Of a stretch of DNA of 64,000 nt, positions 46,867-56,302 are shown piece after piece. The DNA comes from Bacteroidales bacterium. Lineage in GTDB: Bacteria; Bacteroidota; Bacteroidia; Bacteroidales; WCHB1-69. The notes beneath the pieces were generated by a model. The model did no database searches. It was not told the origin of the DNA and worked only from the letters and a program-made list of their open reading frames with translations. The DNA lies in NCBI GenBank assembly GCA_017438945.1, contig JAFRUI010000014.1, positions 146,360 to 210,359 of the forward strand, given 5' to 3'. Position 1 is the stretch's first letter. The number at the start of each line of letters is the position of its first letter. The position numbers and the translations under genes are program-made.

Positions 46867-48291
46867 TTACAGCACTACCACCACCGCGTCTTTTGCTTTC
46901 TGGCGCACACCTTTTGGCAATGTTATGGTGTATTCGTCACCTTTTTTGGAGATGGAGGCCTTTTCGGAGGAACCCAAAATGGTGGCTTTACCCGTTTTCA
47001 CGGGTTTCTCAAGGTTTTTGAAAGTATAGGTGGCGGGGGCGAGTTCGTTTTCGGGGAATAGCAGCAAAGCGTAGCGTTGCCCGTCTTTGCCCTGCGTGAA
47101 ACGAACTTGTCCGTAGCAATAGGGGAGGCAAGGGCGGGTGCTGTAAATTGCCTTTCCGTTGACGCTCAGCCATTTGCCCATGTCTTGCAAGCGTTCCACG
47201 GCGGTTTGCGGGAGGGTGCCCTCAGGGGATGGTCCCACATTAAGCAGGAAATTGCCGCCTTTGGCCACGATGTCGATCAGCAGGTGGATGAGCCGGTTGG
47301 TGGACTTGTAGTTGTCGGTGGCCACGTACGACCAGGAATCGCCCATCGACATGCAAGTTTCCCAGGGGTAGGGGAGCAGCGTGTCGGGGACCTCCTGTTC
47401 GGGGGTGCGGTAGTTCTCATATTTGCCGTGCACGCTGCGATCGACGATGATGAGGTCGGGGTTGTTAGCGCGCACATCCTTCGCCACCCGCGGCATGTCG
47501 ATGTCCTGGATCCAGCCCTGGCATCCGAGCCAGTCGCGGACTTCCTCGTCAACGCTCCACGCGGGGCGTACCCAGCCGCCGTCGAGCCACAGGATGTCAA
47601 TGTCGCCGTAGTTGTTGGCTATTTCGTGCAGCTGTTTGCGGGTGAAGTCGCAGTATTTCGCCCACCGTTCGGGATGTTTCTCGGGGTCGTAGTTCACGTT
47701 GCGGTCGGGGGTGGCCCATTCCGGCGCCCAGTAGTCGGGACAGTGCCAGTCGGGCTTCGAGAAATAAAGTCCTGTCCAAAGACCTTGACTCCGGAAAGCT
47801 TTCACCAATGCACCGGTCACGTCGGCGTTAGGGTTTTTGGAGAATGGACAATCTTTTCCGGTGACAGAGTAGTCGGTCTCTTTAGTGTCATACATGCAGA
47901 AGCCGTCGTGATGCTTGGTGGTGAACACGAAGTACTTCATGCCGCAATCTTTGGCCAGCTTCGCCCAAGATTCCGGGTCGAATTTTGTGGGATTGAAGGT
48001 TTTGTTAAGAGCCTGGTAGTTGGCCTTATATTCTGTATATGGAACGCCATCGCGGCTGATCCATGGTTCATTGCAGATGGACCACGACTCCACCACGCCC
48101 CATTGCGCGTAAATACCCCAGTGCATCATCAGTCCGAACTTCAGATCCTGCCACTGGTCAATGCGGTTCAGGATGACAGGGTCGGTTTCAAACTTTTGTT
48201 CGTCTTGTGCGTAAGATGTTGAAAATGAAATTATTGTAAATGTCAATAACAAAAAACGGAGGAGGTTGTTTTTTCTGAAAGCCATAATCAT
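46867..48291 (-). CDS. Alpha-L-fucosidase, GH29
   Basis: Signal peptide, HWGIYAQWG, TTKHHDGFCMYDT and DILWLDGGW. Confidence 0.9.
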   Translation of the reverse strand: MIMAFRKNNLLRFLLLTFTIISFSTSYAQDEQKFETDPVILNRIDQWQDLKFGLMMHWGIYAQWGVVESWSICNEPWISRDGVPYTEYKANYQALNKTFNPTKFDPESWAKLAKDCGMKYFVFTTKHHDGFCMYDTKETDYSVTGKDCPFSKNPNADVTGALVKAFRSQGLWTGLYFSKPDWHCPDYWAPEWATPDRNVNYDPEKHPERWAKYCDFTRKQLHEIANNYGDIDILWLDGGWVRPAWSVDEEVRDWLGCQGWIQDIDMPRVAKDVRANNPDLIIVDRSVHGKYENYRTPEQEVPDTLLPYPWETCMSMGDSWSYVATDNYKSTNRLIHLLIDIVAKGGNFLLNVGPSPEGTLPQTAVERLQDMGKWLSVNGKAIYSTRPCLPYCYGQVRFTQGKDGQRYALLLFPENELAPATYTFKNLEKPVKTGKATILGSSEKASISKKGDEYTITLPKGVRQKAKDAVVVVL

Positions 48292-48345
48292 GAATCTTTA
48301 AATATGAAAGCGCAAATATCGCATTTTTTTGGATAGCAGCGAAGA

Positions 48346-49500
48346 CTACTTGTCAAAGCTACTTTTGCGGATTCCTAAAGATTTTTCTACAGCATCAATT
48401 AACTTCTCACCCCGAAAGTTACCGATGATGGTGCCTTTTGGGTCGATGAGGAGGACATACGGCACACCTTTAAGTCCGTATAACAATCCCGCGTTGTCAT
48501 GGATGGTATCCACAATTTGGGGATATTGGATGCCCAGTTCTTTGACGGCTTGGTCGTGGTCCTCTATCTTGTCCCAGATGTCCACCCCTATCACGACCAG
48601 TCCGCTGTCGGCGTACTTTTCGTGCAATGGTTTGAGCGTTTCGAGAATTTCCTTGCGACACGGTCCGCACCACGACGCCCAAAAATCGACGACGGCCAGA
48701 TGTCCGGCGATTTTTTCCCCGAGGGTTGTGGGCTTTCCCGTGATGTAGTCGATGGCTTCAAAGTCGCGGAAACGGTTGCCGGGAGCTATCGCCGCCTGCG
48801 ATTGAAGCTTGGTCATGGTCCGCTTCAACGACGGGAACTCCTTCACGGCGGGCGGCGCAGACTCATATAGTGAGAAGAGGCGGAGGATGGCGGGAGTCGG
48901 TTCCTCTCCTTTGTCCAAAAAAACGTCTTCTGTCACTACATTTGCAATTTCAAAGAGGATGTGGGCGGCGGCGGGATTGTTGATGTTCTCCTTGTAATAA
49001 TCCCATCCCAATGAATCCATCAGCTGCTTCCGGCGGTCGTCGCAGCTGTGATAGAGCGCTTTCAGGGAGTCGAAAGCAGGATCTTCGCCGGCAGCCATCA
49101 TCTGATAGGCGATTCTGGTCCGCTCCTTCATCAATGCCCTGTTTCCCTGCGCAAGCCGGTTAAGCTGTTCCGTGGGCTTGTTTCCTGTCACTTCGCCGGC
49201 CACCATGTCCACCGTCATTTGGCTGCCCGGCATCACCAGCAGATCGGCATACATACTGTAATCGCTGGAATACAGTCCCACCATCATGGCGGAGTCGGCG
49301 CGGCCTTGGAGTTGGAACTTGTTGTCACTCACTACAATCGAATCCATAGTTTGTCTTGTGGCATCATCATACATGGTGATAACAACACCTTCCATGTCCT
49401 TCACCGTTCCCGTTACGGTGAAATTGGGATTCTGCGCCGCAGCGGGGAGGGAGAGAATCAGCCCCAACAGAAGAGTAGTCGCTGATGTCACTTTATTCAT
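48346..49500 (-). CDS. TlpA-family thiol:disulfide oxidoreductase with an N-terminal DUF4369-like domain
   Basis: Signal peptide and a thioredoxin motif FWASWCGPC. Confidence 0.85.
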   Translation of the reverse strand: MNKVTSATTLLLGLILSLPAAAQNPNFTVTGTVKDMEGVVITMYDDATRQTMDSIVVSDNKFQLQGRADSAMMVGLYSSDYSMYADLLVMPGSQMTVDMVAGEVTGNKPTEQLNRLAQGNRALMKERTRIAYQMMAAGEDPAFDSLKALYHSCDDRRKQLMDSLGWDYYKENINNPAAAHILFEIANVVTEDVFLDKGEEPTPAILRLFSLYESAPPAVKEFPSLKRTMTKLQSQAAIAPGNRFRDFEAIDYITGKPTTLGEKIAGHLAVVDFWASWCGPCRKEILETLKPLHEKYADSGLVVIGVDIWDKIEDHDQAVKELGIQYPQIVDTIHDNAGLLYGLKGVPYVLLIDPKGTIIGNFRGEKLIDAVEKSLGIRKSSFDK

Positions 49501-49551
49501 AGACGGTTACTTGTGTGAACGTATGACTTGTGCCGTGAGACTTTGAGATCG

Positions 49552-50403
49552 TCAATGATTCTTGTACTTGAAACAGAGGATATACGCTAATTCCATTCCT
49601 ATGAGATTGTGACGGTAGCTTAGCGTTCCATTGGTTTGGCGGAGGGGATATGTGTAAGTGCCGTACACATCATTGGACAAGGAGAAATTGGCGAGAAGGG
49701 AGAGTCTGATCATATCAGAATATGGCAGGCGGTAGGTGAATCCGACATTCAGGAGCAAGTCCGTTTTTAGTTTCATCGGGTTCTGCTCCGCAATGTTGTA
49801 CTTGTAAACATTATACGGATCAATATCTCCCGTGCTGCAAGAATGGCTGCCGTGTTCTGCGAATCCATGTTTGGTCTCATACGCCCACGCTGTATTGGGA
49901 TCTTTCCTTTTTGCATTGGCATATCCGATGGCGTTTTCGATGTTTCGGAGATTCACCCCTGCAGCAGCAAAAAACGCCCAATGGTCATTGAATGGAATGC
50001 TAACCGACAGTTTTACAGGAATTTGTAAACCGTGCACGTATCGTTTGTCATCCGAAAAGGCATTTTCCAGCTCTTGGTCGTCGTATAGCTTCGGGTGATA
50101 TTGGAGCTGGAGTCGTGTCCCGTAGGTGAACCCGACGGACACACCGAAATAATCCAGAAAATGGTACGACAGTTCTACTCCCGATTTCCACCCCATGGCA
50201 GGTGCGGTGGCGGGTTTTTGCCAAAGGCCTTCCACGTTCATCGCGTACATGCCTTGTGCGAAGTTTCCCTCACCGAGAATTCCGAGGTGGAAGCCGTTCG
50301 GAACGGGCTGATAACGTGTGTTCTGTGCTGGTGCCTGAAAAATAATCCCTATGATTAAAGCTGTAAGGGTATAAAACATTCTTTTTTTCATAAATATTAT
50401 CAT
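49552..50403 (-). CDS. Putative outer-membrane beta-barrel protein
   Basis: 283 aa with a signal peptide, alternating aromatic/polar strands and a C-terminal aromatic-rich strand. Confidence 0.5.
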   Translation of the reverse strand: MIIFMKKRMFYTLTALIIGIIFQAPAQNTRYQPVPNGFHLGILGEGNFAQGMYAMNVEGLWQKPATAPAMGWKSGVELSYHFLDYFGVSVGFTYGTRLQLQYHPKLYDDQELENAFSDDKRYVHGLQIPVKLSVSIPFNDHWAFFAAAGVNLRNIENAIGYANAKRKDPNTAWAYETKHGFAEHGSHSCSTGDIDPYNVYKYNIAEQNPMKLKTDLLLNVGFTYRLPYSDMIRLSLLANFSLSNDVYGTYTYPLRQTNGTLSYRHNLIGMELAYILCFKYKNH

Positions 50404-50435
50404 TTCTTGTCTAATTACAAAATAACATCAACATA

Positions 50436-50924
50436 TTACGGCCTATATGCCATTATAGATTTACGAAATGTCGGGTTCGATAGTAGCGACGGGTCATCAC
50501 TTTTTGATTTCCAACTGTACTCTCCATTATATATGGGTGGCAAATAGTTTTCAATATGAAGTCCCGTGAAAGTGGCCACCGACATTGGAAACTCGCCGAT
50601 GTATTGGATTCCCGTTCCCTCGGGATTGGCCGGGGCGGCAAAAACGGTCATTTCGCCATTCTCCTTCGTGGCAACCGCTACAAGAATCGTATAACCGTTA
50701 CTTTGCCTGTAAGCCCTACAGGAATCGAATGCTATCGTTACATGGTTGACTTTTTCATGTAGTTCTTCCATTTGGAGTGTCAGGCGTTGTGCGACGGTGT
50801 CCGTTTTCTCCAATGCAACCCCCTTGTCAACAGCCCGTTTCCGATTGCACGAAGGCATCAGCACAAGAAAACCCAATAGTGCCATGATTACAAAAATAAT
50901 TGTTCTGCTCTTGTTGTGTTTCAT
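50436..50924 (-). CDS. Hypothetical lipoprotein
   Basis: 162 aa with a lipobox-like LVLMPSC. Confidence 0.5.
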   Translation of the reverse strand: MKHNKSRTIIFVIMALLGFLVLMPSCNRKRAVDKGVALEKTDTVAQRLTLQMEELHEKVNHVTIAFDSCRAYRQSNGYTILVAVATKENGEMTVFAAPANPEGTGIQYIGEFPMSVATFTGLHIENYLPPIYNGEYSWKSKSDDPSLLSNPTFRKSIMAYRP

Positions 50925-51201
50925 AATGAACGATATTATGTCTGTTGAAAATTCGAAGCAAAAATAGACATTATTCCAAGACCTTTCTTCACCAGTTTGG
51001 AAAATTATGTTATTAATATTTCATAACGCCTAATTTTGAGCATAAAATCAACGTGAGATTTTGACGTAAAATATATTTATAAATACCTGAAATACAAACA
51101 TCTATAATTTATAACGGAATGCTTTTATCGCATCAATTTCGTTTCTTTCCCATAAGTTGTTTTGGGCATAATAGAAAAGATGGAAGTTCCCCGATTTTTT
51201 G

Positions 51202-51209
51202 TATGTTTG
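51202..51209 (+). promoter_or_regulatory. -7 box TATGTTTG
   Basis: 19 nt upstream of ATG 51228. Confidence 0.45.
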
Positions 51210-51227
51210 CCACGAAATATATGATGT

Positions 51228-52400
51228 ATGAAAGAAAAACAGTCAGACTATCTCCGCTGTGCTGCCCAAGTGCTATGCGCTGTCATGGTTGTGCTGCTAT
51301 TCGGCAACTTCTGTCGTCTGCGGCATGTTGCGTGGCCCTGTTTGTACAAGGAGTATCTTTCAGGAGTGATTGCAATTGCCCCTGTTTTCCTGAACATCTA
51401 TCTGTTTTTTCCACGGCTTTACCTGAAAAACAAAAACGCCAACTATCTGTTTTTCACTTTTTTAAGTGTGTTCTTAGCATGTTTGGCAGAAATGTGGATG
51501 GTTTATCCGCAGATTTATGCGGTGGCGATGTATCATTCTTCTGCAGAGGCGGCCTCCGTTTCGGTTTTCTTCGACGGTTTGTGTGTCCTGTTCCGCGACA
51601 TTGCCTTTGTATGTTTTGCTTTCTTGACCCAGGCGTTACGTGAGAACAGGCAACACCGCCTTGAAATGGAGAGTCAAGTGCTTACCTTCCACAACCAGAT
51701 TCAAGCGCAGATGGACGAAAATGTATCCTTTGATAGTACGGGATTTTTTTCTGATAATCAAGATGTTAAGACTGAGAATAACGCTGAAGATATGATAAAA
51801 ACCGAACAAAAGCTGCTCCGGGGTAAATCTTTCGAAGAAAAAGAAATGGTGCTGTTAGATGTGGACAATATTTTATATTGCCAACAAGACCACAATTATA
51901 CCTATATGTATCTCGTGGATGGCCAGCGTTATTTCCGATATGGTTCTTTGCAGGAGGTGATGGGATTGTTGACCGATGCAAACGGGGTACAGATATCCCG
52001 CAACACCTTTGTGCTGTATCGGCACATCGTCCGCTACGACCATGAGGCAGTGTATCTGCGAAACCCTCACACAGACAAGGAAAACGGTTTGTCCATTTCC
52101 TCCTATTACCGTGAAAGCGCACAGTCTTTGCTTGGGCAACATTTTCGCAAGGTCGTGACAGAGAATCGAAAGCAGCGGAAGGAATTTTCCGACATCACAT
52201 CTGACAAAAGAAGGAAACAGACTGCGTCGGTTTATTCGTTCATTGCAAACCATCCCGGCTGTTCGGCGGTGGAGATTAAGAAGCATAAACATTTGTCCAT
52301 AAGCACTATACAACGGATAGTGGTGATTCTGAAGCGGCGAGGCATGGTGGAGTATCGGGGCTCGAAAAGGTCGGGCGGATATTATGCCGTTTCATCTTAA
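51228..52400 (+). CDS. Membrane-anchored LytTR DNA-binding protein with an additional C-terminal winged-helix-like module
   Basis: 4 N-terminal TM segments, a LytTR core VLLDVDNILYCQQDHNYTYMYLVDGQRYFRYGSLQEV...ISRNTFV, and a tail HPGCSAVEIKKHKHLSISTIQRIVVILKRRGMVEYRG. Confidence 0.65.
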   Translation: MKEKQSDYLRCAAQVLCAVMVVLLFGNFCRLRHVAWPCLYKEYLSGVIAIAPVFLNIYLFFPRLYLKNKNANYLFFTFLSVFLACLAEMWMVYPQIYAVAMYHSSAEAASVSVFFDGLCVLFRDIAFVCFAFLTQALRENRQHRLEMESQVLTFHNQIQAQMDENVSFDSTGFFSDNQDVKTENNAEDMIKTEQKLLRGKSFEEKEMVLLDVDNILYCQQDHNYTYMYLVDGQRYFRYGSLQEVMGLLTDANGVQISRNTFVLYRHIVRYDHEAVYLRNPHTDKENGLSISSYYRESAQSLLGQHFRKVVTENRKQRKEFSDITSDKRRKQTASVYSFIANHPGCSAVEIKKHKHLSISTIQRIVVILKRRGMVEYRGSKRSGGYYAVSS

Positions 52401-52555
52401 CAGCGGCCTTCTTCCATGTAAAAGAATAATCCTCTCCCAATTCCTGCGAAATCCGTCATTTTAAATTAACTATCAATAGTGAAGATTATCGTAAACAATT
52501 AGTTTCCAATGAAATATTTTTGTGATTCCGGGCTTTGAACGATTGAAAAAAAGCG

Positions 52556-52563
52556 TACCTTTG
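52556..52563 (+). promoter_or_regulatory. -7 box TACCTTTG for recA
   Basis: Lies within the 20-nt block that is identical to the galK promoter. Confidence 0.55.
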
Positions 52564-52591
52564 CCCCCTGAAATCATTAAACCTATCAAGA

Positions 52592-53614
52592 ATGGAAAAA
52601 GAAGAAATTAAAAACAATGTGAATGCTGAGAAACTGAAAGTGCTCAACTCCACACTCGAAAAACTCGAAAAAACCTTCGGAAAGGGCTCTATTATGCGTA
52701 TGGGCGAGACCCATATTGAAGAGATGGACGTCATATCTACCGGTTCCATTGGCCTGGACACGGCACTCGGTGTCGGCGGATTCCCGAAAGGCCGTATTGT
52801 TGAAATCTATGGACCCGAATCCTCCGGTAAGACCACATTGGCCATCCACGCCATCGCGGAGGCGCAAAAACAGGGCGGTATCGCCGCTTTCATCGATGCG
52901 GAACACGCCTTCGACCGCTTCTATGCCGAAAAATTAGGCGTGAATACCGCTGAACTGCTGATTTCCCAACCCGACAACGGTGAACAGGCGCTCGAAATCG
53001 CCGACAACCTCATCCGCTCCGGCGCCATTGACATCATCGTCATCGACTCCGTGGCCGCCCTCACCCCGAAAAGCGAAATCGAAGGCGACATGGGCGACTC
53101 CAAAGTCGGCCTGCAGGCACGCCTGATGTCACAAGCACTGCGTAAACTGACGGCAACCATCAACAAGACAGGTTGTTGCTGCATCTTCATCAACCAATTG
53201 CGTGAGAAAATCGGCATCATGTTCGGCAACCCGGAGACCACCACGGGCGGTAATGCCTTGAAGTTCTACGCCTCTGTGCGCCTAGATATTCGCCGCCAGA
53301 CCCAAATCAAAGACGGAGACAAGGCCATCGGTAACCACGTGAAAGTCAAGGTGGTAAAGAACAAAGTCGCGCCTCCGTTCCGCACAGCGGAGTTTGACAT
53401 TATGTTCGGTGAAGGCATCTCCAAGTCGGGCGAAATTGTCGATCTCGGTGTCGAATACAATATTATTAAGAAGTCTGGCTCCTGGTTCTCCTACGGCGAC
53501 TCCAAGCTCGCCCAGGGTCGCGACAGCGTGAAACAGTTGCTTAACGACAACCCCGAGCTCTCTGACGAAATCGAGGCCAAAATCCGCGAAGCCATTAAAG
53601 AGAATATGAAATAA
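52592..53614 (+). CDS. recA: Recombinase RecA
   Basis: 340 aa with [10 protein letters not shown] and [10 protein letters not shown]. Confidence 0.99.
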   Translation: MEKEEIKNNVNAEKLKVLNSTLEKLEKTFGKGSIMRMGETHIEEMDVISTGSIGLDTALGVGGFPKGRIVEIYGPESSGKTTLAIHAIAEAQKQGGIAAFIDAEHAFDRFYAEKLGVNTAELLISQPDNGEQALEIADNLIRSGAIDIIVIDSVAALTPKSEIEGDMGDSKVGLQARLMSQALRKLTATINKTGCCCIFINQLREKIGIMFGNPETTTGGNALKFYASVRLDIRRQTQIKDGDKAIGNHVKVKVVKNKVAPPFRTAEFDIMFGEGISKSGEIVDLGVEYNIIKKSGSWFSYGDSKLAQGRDSVKQLLNDNPELSDEIEAKIREAIKENMK

Positions 53615-53615
53615 G

Positions 53616-53680
53616 AGCTTTTGGTTTTTAGCTTTTAGCAAAATATTTTAATAGCCAACAGCCAACAGCTAATAGCAAAA
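53616..53680. repeat. Head-to-head heptamer arrays: (AGCTTTT GGTTTTT AGCTTTT AGCAAAA), a spacer, then (AGCCAAC AGCCAAC AGCTAAT AGCAAAA)
   Basis: Starts 2 nt after the recA stop and ends 9 nt before the next ATG. Confidence 0.85.
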
Positions 53681-53689
53681 AAAGACAGA

Positions 53690-54688
53690 ATGAAAAAAAT
53701 TATTCCCTGTTTTCTGGCATTATTGTTATTCTTCGGTTACGGTTGCCACAACAAGAACAAGTACGCCGATCTGCCGCCGGAGTTGGCCGAATTGTGCCTG
53801 AACATCGACAAACACCCTAAAAAGTCCGAAAACTACTACAAAAGAGCGCAATATTATTATTCACACGAGAACATTGACAAGGGTATCGCCGACATGCAGA
53901 CGGCCATCAAGTTGCAACCCGACAGCAGCAAGTACTATGTGATGCTCTCCGACCTCTACTTTGCGCAGCATGAAACCGACTTGACGGAGGAGATGCTGTT
54001 GAAGGCCATTTCCACGGACGAGAACAACAATGAAGCCCGACTGAAATTAGCTGAGCTTCAATTTCATACGCGGCAGTATGAGGATTGTAGCAAAACCATC
54101 GACGAGGCCGTACAGCGGCAGCCACACAATCCGAAAGCCTACCTCATCAAGGCCTTCATGTTGAAGGATATGCAAGACACGGTGGGTTATCTGCGTATGT
54201 TACAGCTTGTTATCGACCAGGACCCTCGGGAGACCAAAGCGTTCCTCGAACTTGGCTACTTCTACCAGCAGAAAAACGACCCGATAGCGATTTCCTATTA
54301 TCAAAACGGTTTGAAGGCAGATCCCAACAATGTGGAGCTGCACTATAATCTGGGCAAGATGTTTCAGGATATGGACAAGCTGGAGGAGGCGGAGCAAGAG
54401 TACAAGACCGCTATTGCCATCGATTCCACGCATATTCCCTCTCTGAATAATTTGGGATATATGTATTTGGACGATAATACAAAATATGAGGAGGCCGTGA
54501 AGCTGTTCACTCAGGTGCTGCAGATAAACCCGCAATTCGTGTATGCCCTTTGCAACCGTGGCGTGGCGTATGAGTGTCTGGGCAATTATGTGGCCGCCCG
54601 TAAAGACTATGAGGAGACATTGAAACTCGCCACTAACTTTGAGCCGGCCATCAAGGGCCTCAACCGTTTGGACAAACTGCAACATTAA
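53690..54688 (+). CDS. TPR-repeat lipoprotein
   Basis: Lipobox FFGYGC and multiple 34-aa TPR units. Confidence 0.8.
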   Translation: MKKIIPCFLALLLFFGYGCHNKNKYADLPPELAELCLNIDKHPKKSENYYKRAQYYYSHENIDKGIADMQTAIKLQPDSSKYYVMLSDLYFAQHETDLTEEMLLKAISTDENNNEARLKLAELQFHTRQYEDCSKTIDEAVQRQPHNPKAYLIKAFMLKDMQDTVGYLRMLQLVIDQDPRETKAFLELGYFYQQKNDPIAISYYQNGLKADPNNVELHYNLGKMFQDMDKLEEAEQEYKTAIAIDSTHIPSLNNLGYMYLDDNTKYEEAVKLFTQVLQINPQFVYALCNRGVAYECLGNYVAARKDYEETLKLATNFEPAIKGLNRLDKLQH

Positions 54689-54694
54689 ACGCGT

Positions 54695-55720
54695 ATGAAC
54701 GAGAATCTGGATCCCACCACCCAACACCTGTCGGCCTCGGACAAAGAGTTCGAACGGGCGATTCGTCCTGCACAATTCACGGATTTCCAGGGACAGAAAC
54801 AGGTCTTGGAGAATCTGATGGTCTTCGTGCACGCGGCCAAAGGGCGTGGCGAAGCATTAGACCATGTCCTCCTGCACGGTCCTCCGGGCTTGGGCAAGAC
54901 CACCCTGTCGCACATCATCGGCAACGAGATGGGCGTGAACGTGCGTGTCACTTCCGGGCCCGTCATTGACAAACCCGGCGATCTGGCCGGACTGCTTACT
55001 AACCTGGAACCGCACGATGTCCTGTTCATCGACGAAATCCACCGTTTATCGCCGGTGGTGGAGGAGTACCTCTACTCAGCGATGGAGGATTACAAAATCG
55101 ACATCATGATTGACAGTGGTCCGAGCGCGCGTAGCGTGCAGATTTCCATCAACCCGTTCACGCTGGTGGGCGCCACCACACGGTCGGGTTTGCTGACAGC
55201 GCCGTTGCGTTCGCGCTTCGGTATCAACCTGCGTCTGCAATACTATGATGCCCAGACACTTGGCAACATCATTAAACGGTCGGCTTCCATTTTGGACATC
55301 CCCATTGACGAGGATGCCGCATACGAAATCGCTTCCCGTAGTCGTGGCACTCCGCGTATCGCCAACCTGTTGTTGCGACGTGTCCGCGACTTCGCCCAGA
55401 TCAAAGGCGACGGCACCATCACCCTGCCCATCACTCAGATTGCCTTGACAGCGTTGAATGTCGATAAACACGGTTTGGACGAGATGGACAACCGTATCCT
55501 GAGCACCATCATCGACAAGTTCAAGGGCGGTCCGGTAGGCTTGAGCACCATCGCCACCGCCGTGGGCGAAGACCCTGGCACCATCGAGGAGGTCTATGAG
55601 CCGTTCCTCATCCAGGAAGGTTACCTGATGCGCACCCCCCGCGGACGCGAAGCCACCGACCTGGCGTTCACGCACCTGGGGAAGTCGAGGTATGTGTCGG
55701 GGCAGGGGGAGCTGTTCTGA
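54695..55720 (+). CDS. ruvB: Holliday junction helicase RuvB
   Basis: [16 protein letters not shown] and RTPRGR. Confidence 0.98.
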   Translation: MNENLDPTTQHLSASDKEFERAIRPAQFTDFQGQKQVLENLMVFVHAAKGRGEALDHVLLHGPPGLGKTTLSHIIGNEMGVNVRVTSGPVIDKPGDLAGLLTNLEPHDVLFIDEIHRLSPVVEEYLYSAMEDYKIDIMIDSGPSARSVQISINPFTLVGATTRSGLLTAPLRSRFGINLRLQYYDAQTLGNIIKRSASILDIPIDEDAAYEIASRSRGTPRIANLLLRRVRDFAQIKGDGTITLPITQIALTALNVDKHGLDEMDNRILSTIIDKFKGGPVGLSTIATAVGEDPGTIEEVYEPFLIQEGYLMRTPRGREATDLAFTHLGKSRYVSGQGELF

Positions 55721-55760
55721 ATTAAGAATGCAGAATTAAGAATTAAGAATTAAGAATGAG
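55719..55760. repeat. Heptamer array, 6 units (GAATTAA GAATGCA GAATTAA x3 GAATGAG)
   Basis: The first unit overlaps the ruvB TGA stop codon. Confidence 0.92.
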
Positions 55761-55782
55761 GGAGAGGTAACTACTATCCCAA

Positions 55783-55830
55783 CAATTATCAATTATCAAT
55801 TATCAATTATCAATTATCAATTATCAATTC
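55783..55830. repeat. Heptamer array: CAATTAT x6 perfect plus a partial unit
   Basis: Read directly from the sequence. This is the most perfect array in the window. Confidence 0.95.
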
Positions 55831-55911
55831 ATTACAAGTTCTTGATGGATAGTTGATTGCATTGCTTTAGTAAAAAAAATCAACATCGCACGTTTGATAT
55901 CAAAAAAAGTG

Positions 55912-55919
55912 TATTTTTG
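55912..55919 (+). promoter_or_regulatory. -7 box TATTTTTG for L31
   Basis: 39 nt upstream of ATG 55958. Confidence 0.5.
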
Positions 55920-55957
55920 CCGCCCAATTTGTAACGACAAAAAAATATAGTGATATT

Positions 55958-56227
55958 ATGAAAAAAGACATCCATCCCAAAGAGTACAGAACCGTGGTTT
56001 TCAAGGACATGTCAAACGATTATGCGTTCCTGACGAAGTCAACGGTCAACACGAAAGACACGATTGTGTGGGAAGACGGAAATGAATATCCGCTCGTGAA
56101 ATTAGAGATTTCCAGCACCTCCCACCCCTTCTTCACCGGTAAAATGAAGTTGGTTGACACCGCTGGACGTGTGGATAAATTCCGCAACAAATATGCCCGC
56201 CATTTTGATGCTGGCAAGACGAAATAA
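55958..56227 (+). CDS. rpmE: 50S ribosomal protein L31, type B (zinc-independent)
   Basis: [10 protein letters not shown]...[11 protein letters not shown]. No CxxC motif. Confidence 0.93.
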   Translation: MKKDIHPKEYRTVVFKDMSNDYAFLTKSTVNTKDTIVWEDGNEYPLVKLEISSTSHPFFTGKMKLVDTAGRVDKFRNKYARHFDAGKTK

Positions 56228-56240
56228 TCCATATATTTTG

Positions 56241-56248
56241 TACTTTTG
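56241..56248 (+). promoter_or_regulatory. -7 box TACTTTTG for lon
   Basis: 55 nt upstream of ATG 56303, abutting the L31 terminator stem. Confidence 0.4.
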
Positions 56249-56286
56249 CTGACCTTTTTTGTAACCCGAAAAAGGTCAGTTTTTTT
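56249..56286 (+). terminator. L31 rho-independent terminator
   Basis: An 11-bp stem, CTGACCTTTTT / AAAAAGGTCAG, followed by TTTTTTT. Confidence 0.8.
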
Positions 56287-56302
56287 ATGCTAACTTCCTG
56301 AA

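Noticed and set aside
51119-51643. A 174-aa ORF overlapping the start of the LytTR gene in another frame.
   Set aside because: It starts upstream of the -7 box and has a Cys/Phe-rich, improbable composition. The 51228 frame carries the TM and LytTR motifs.
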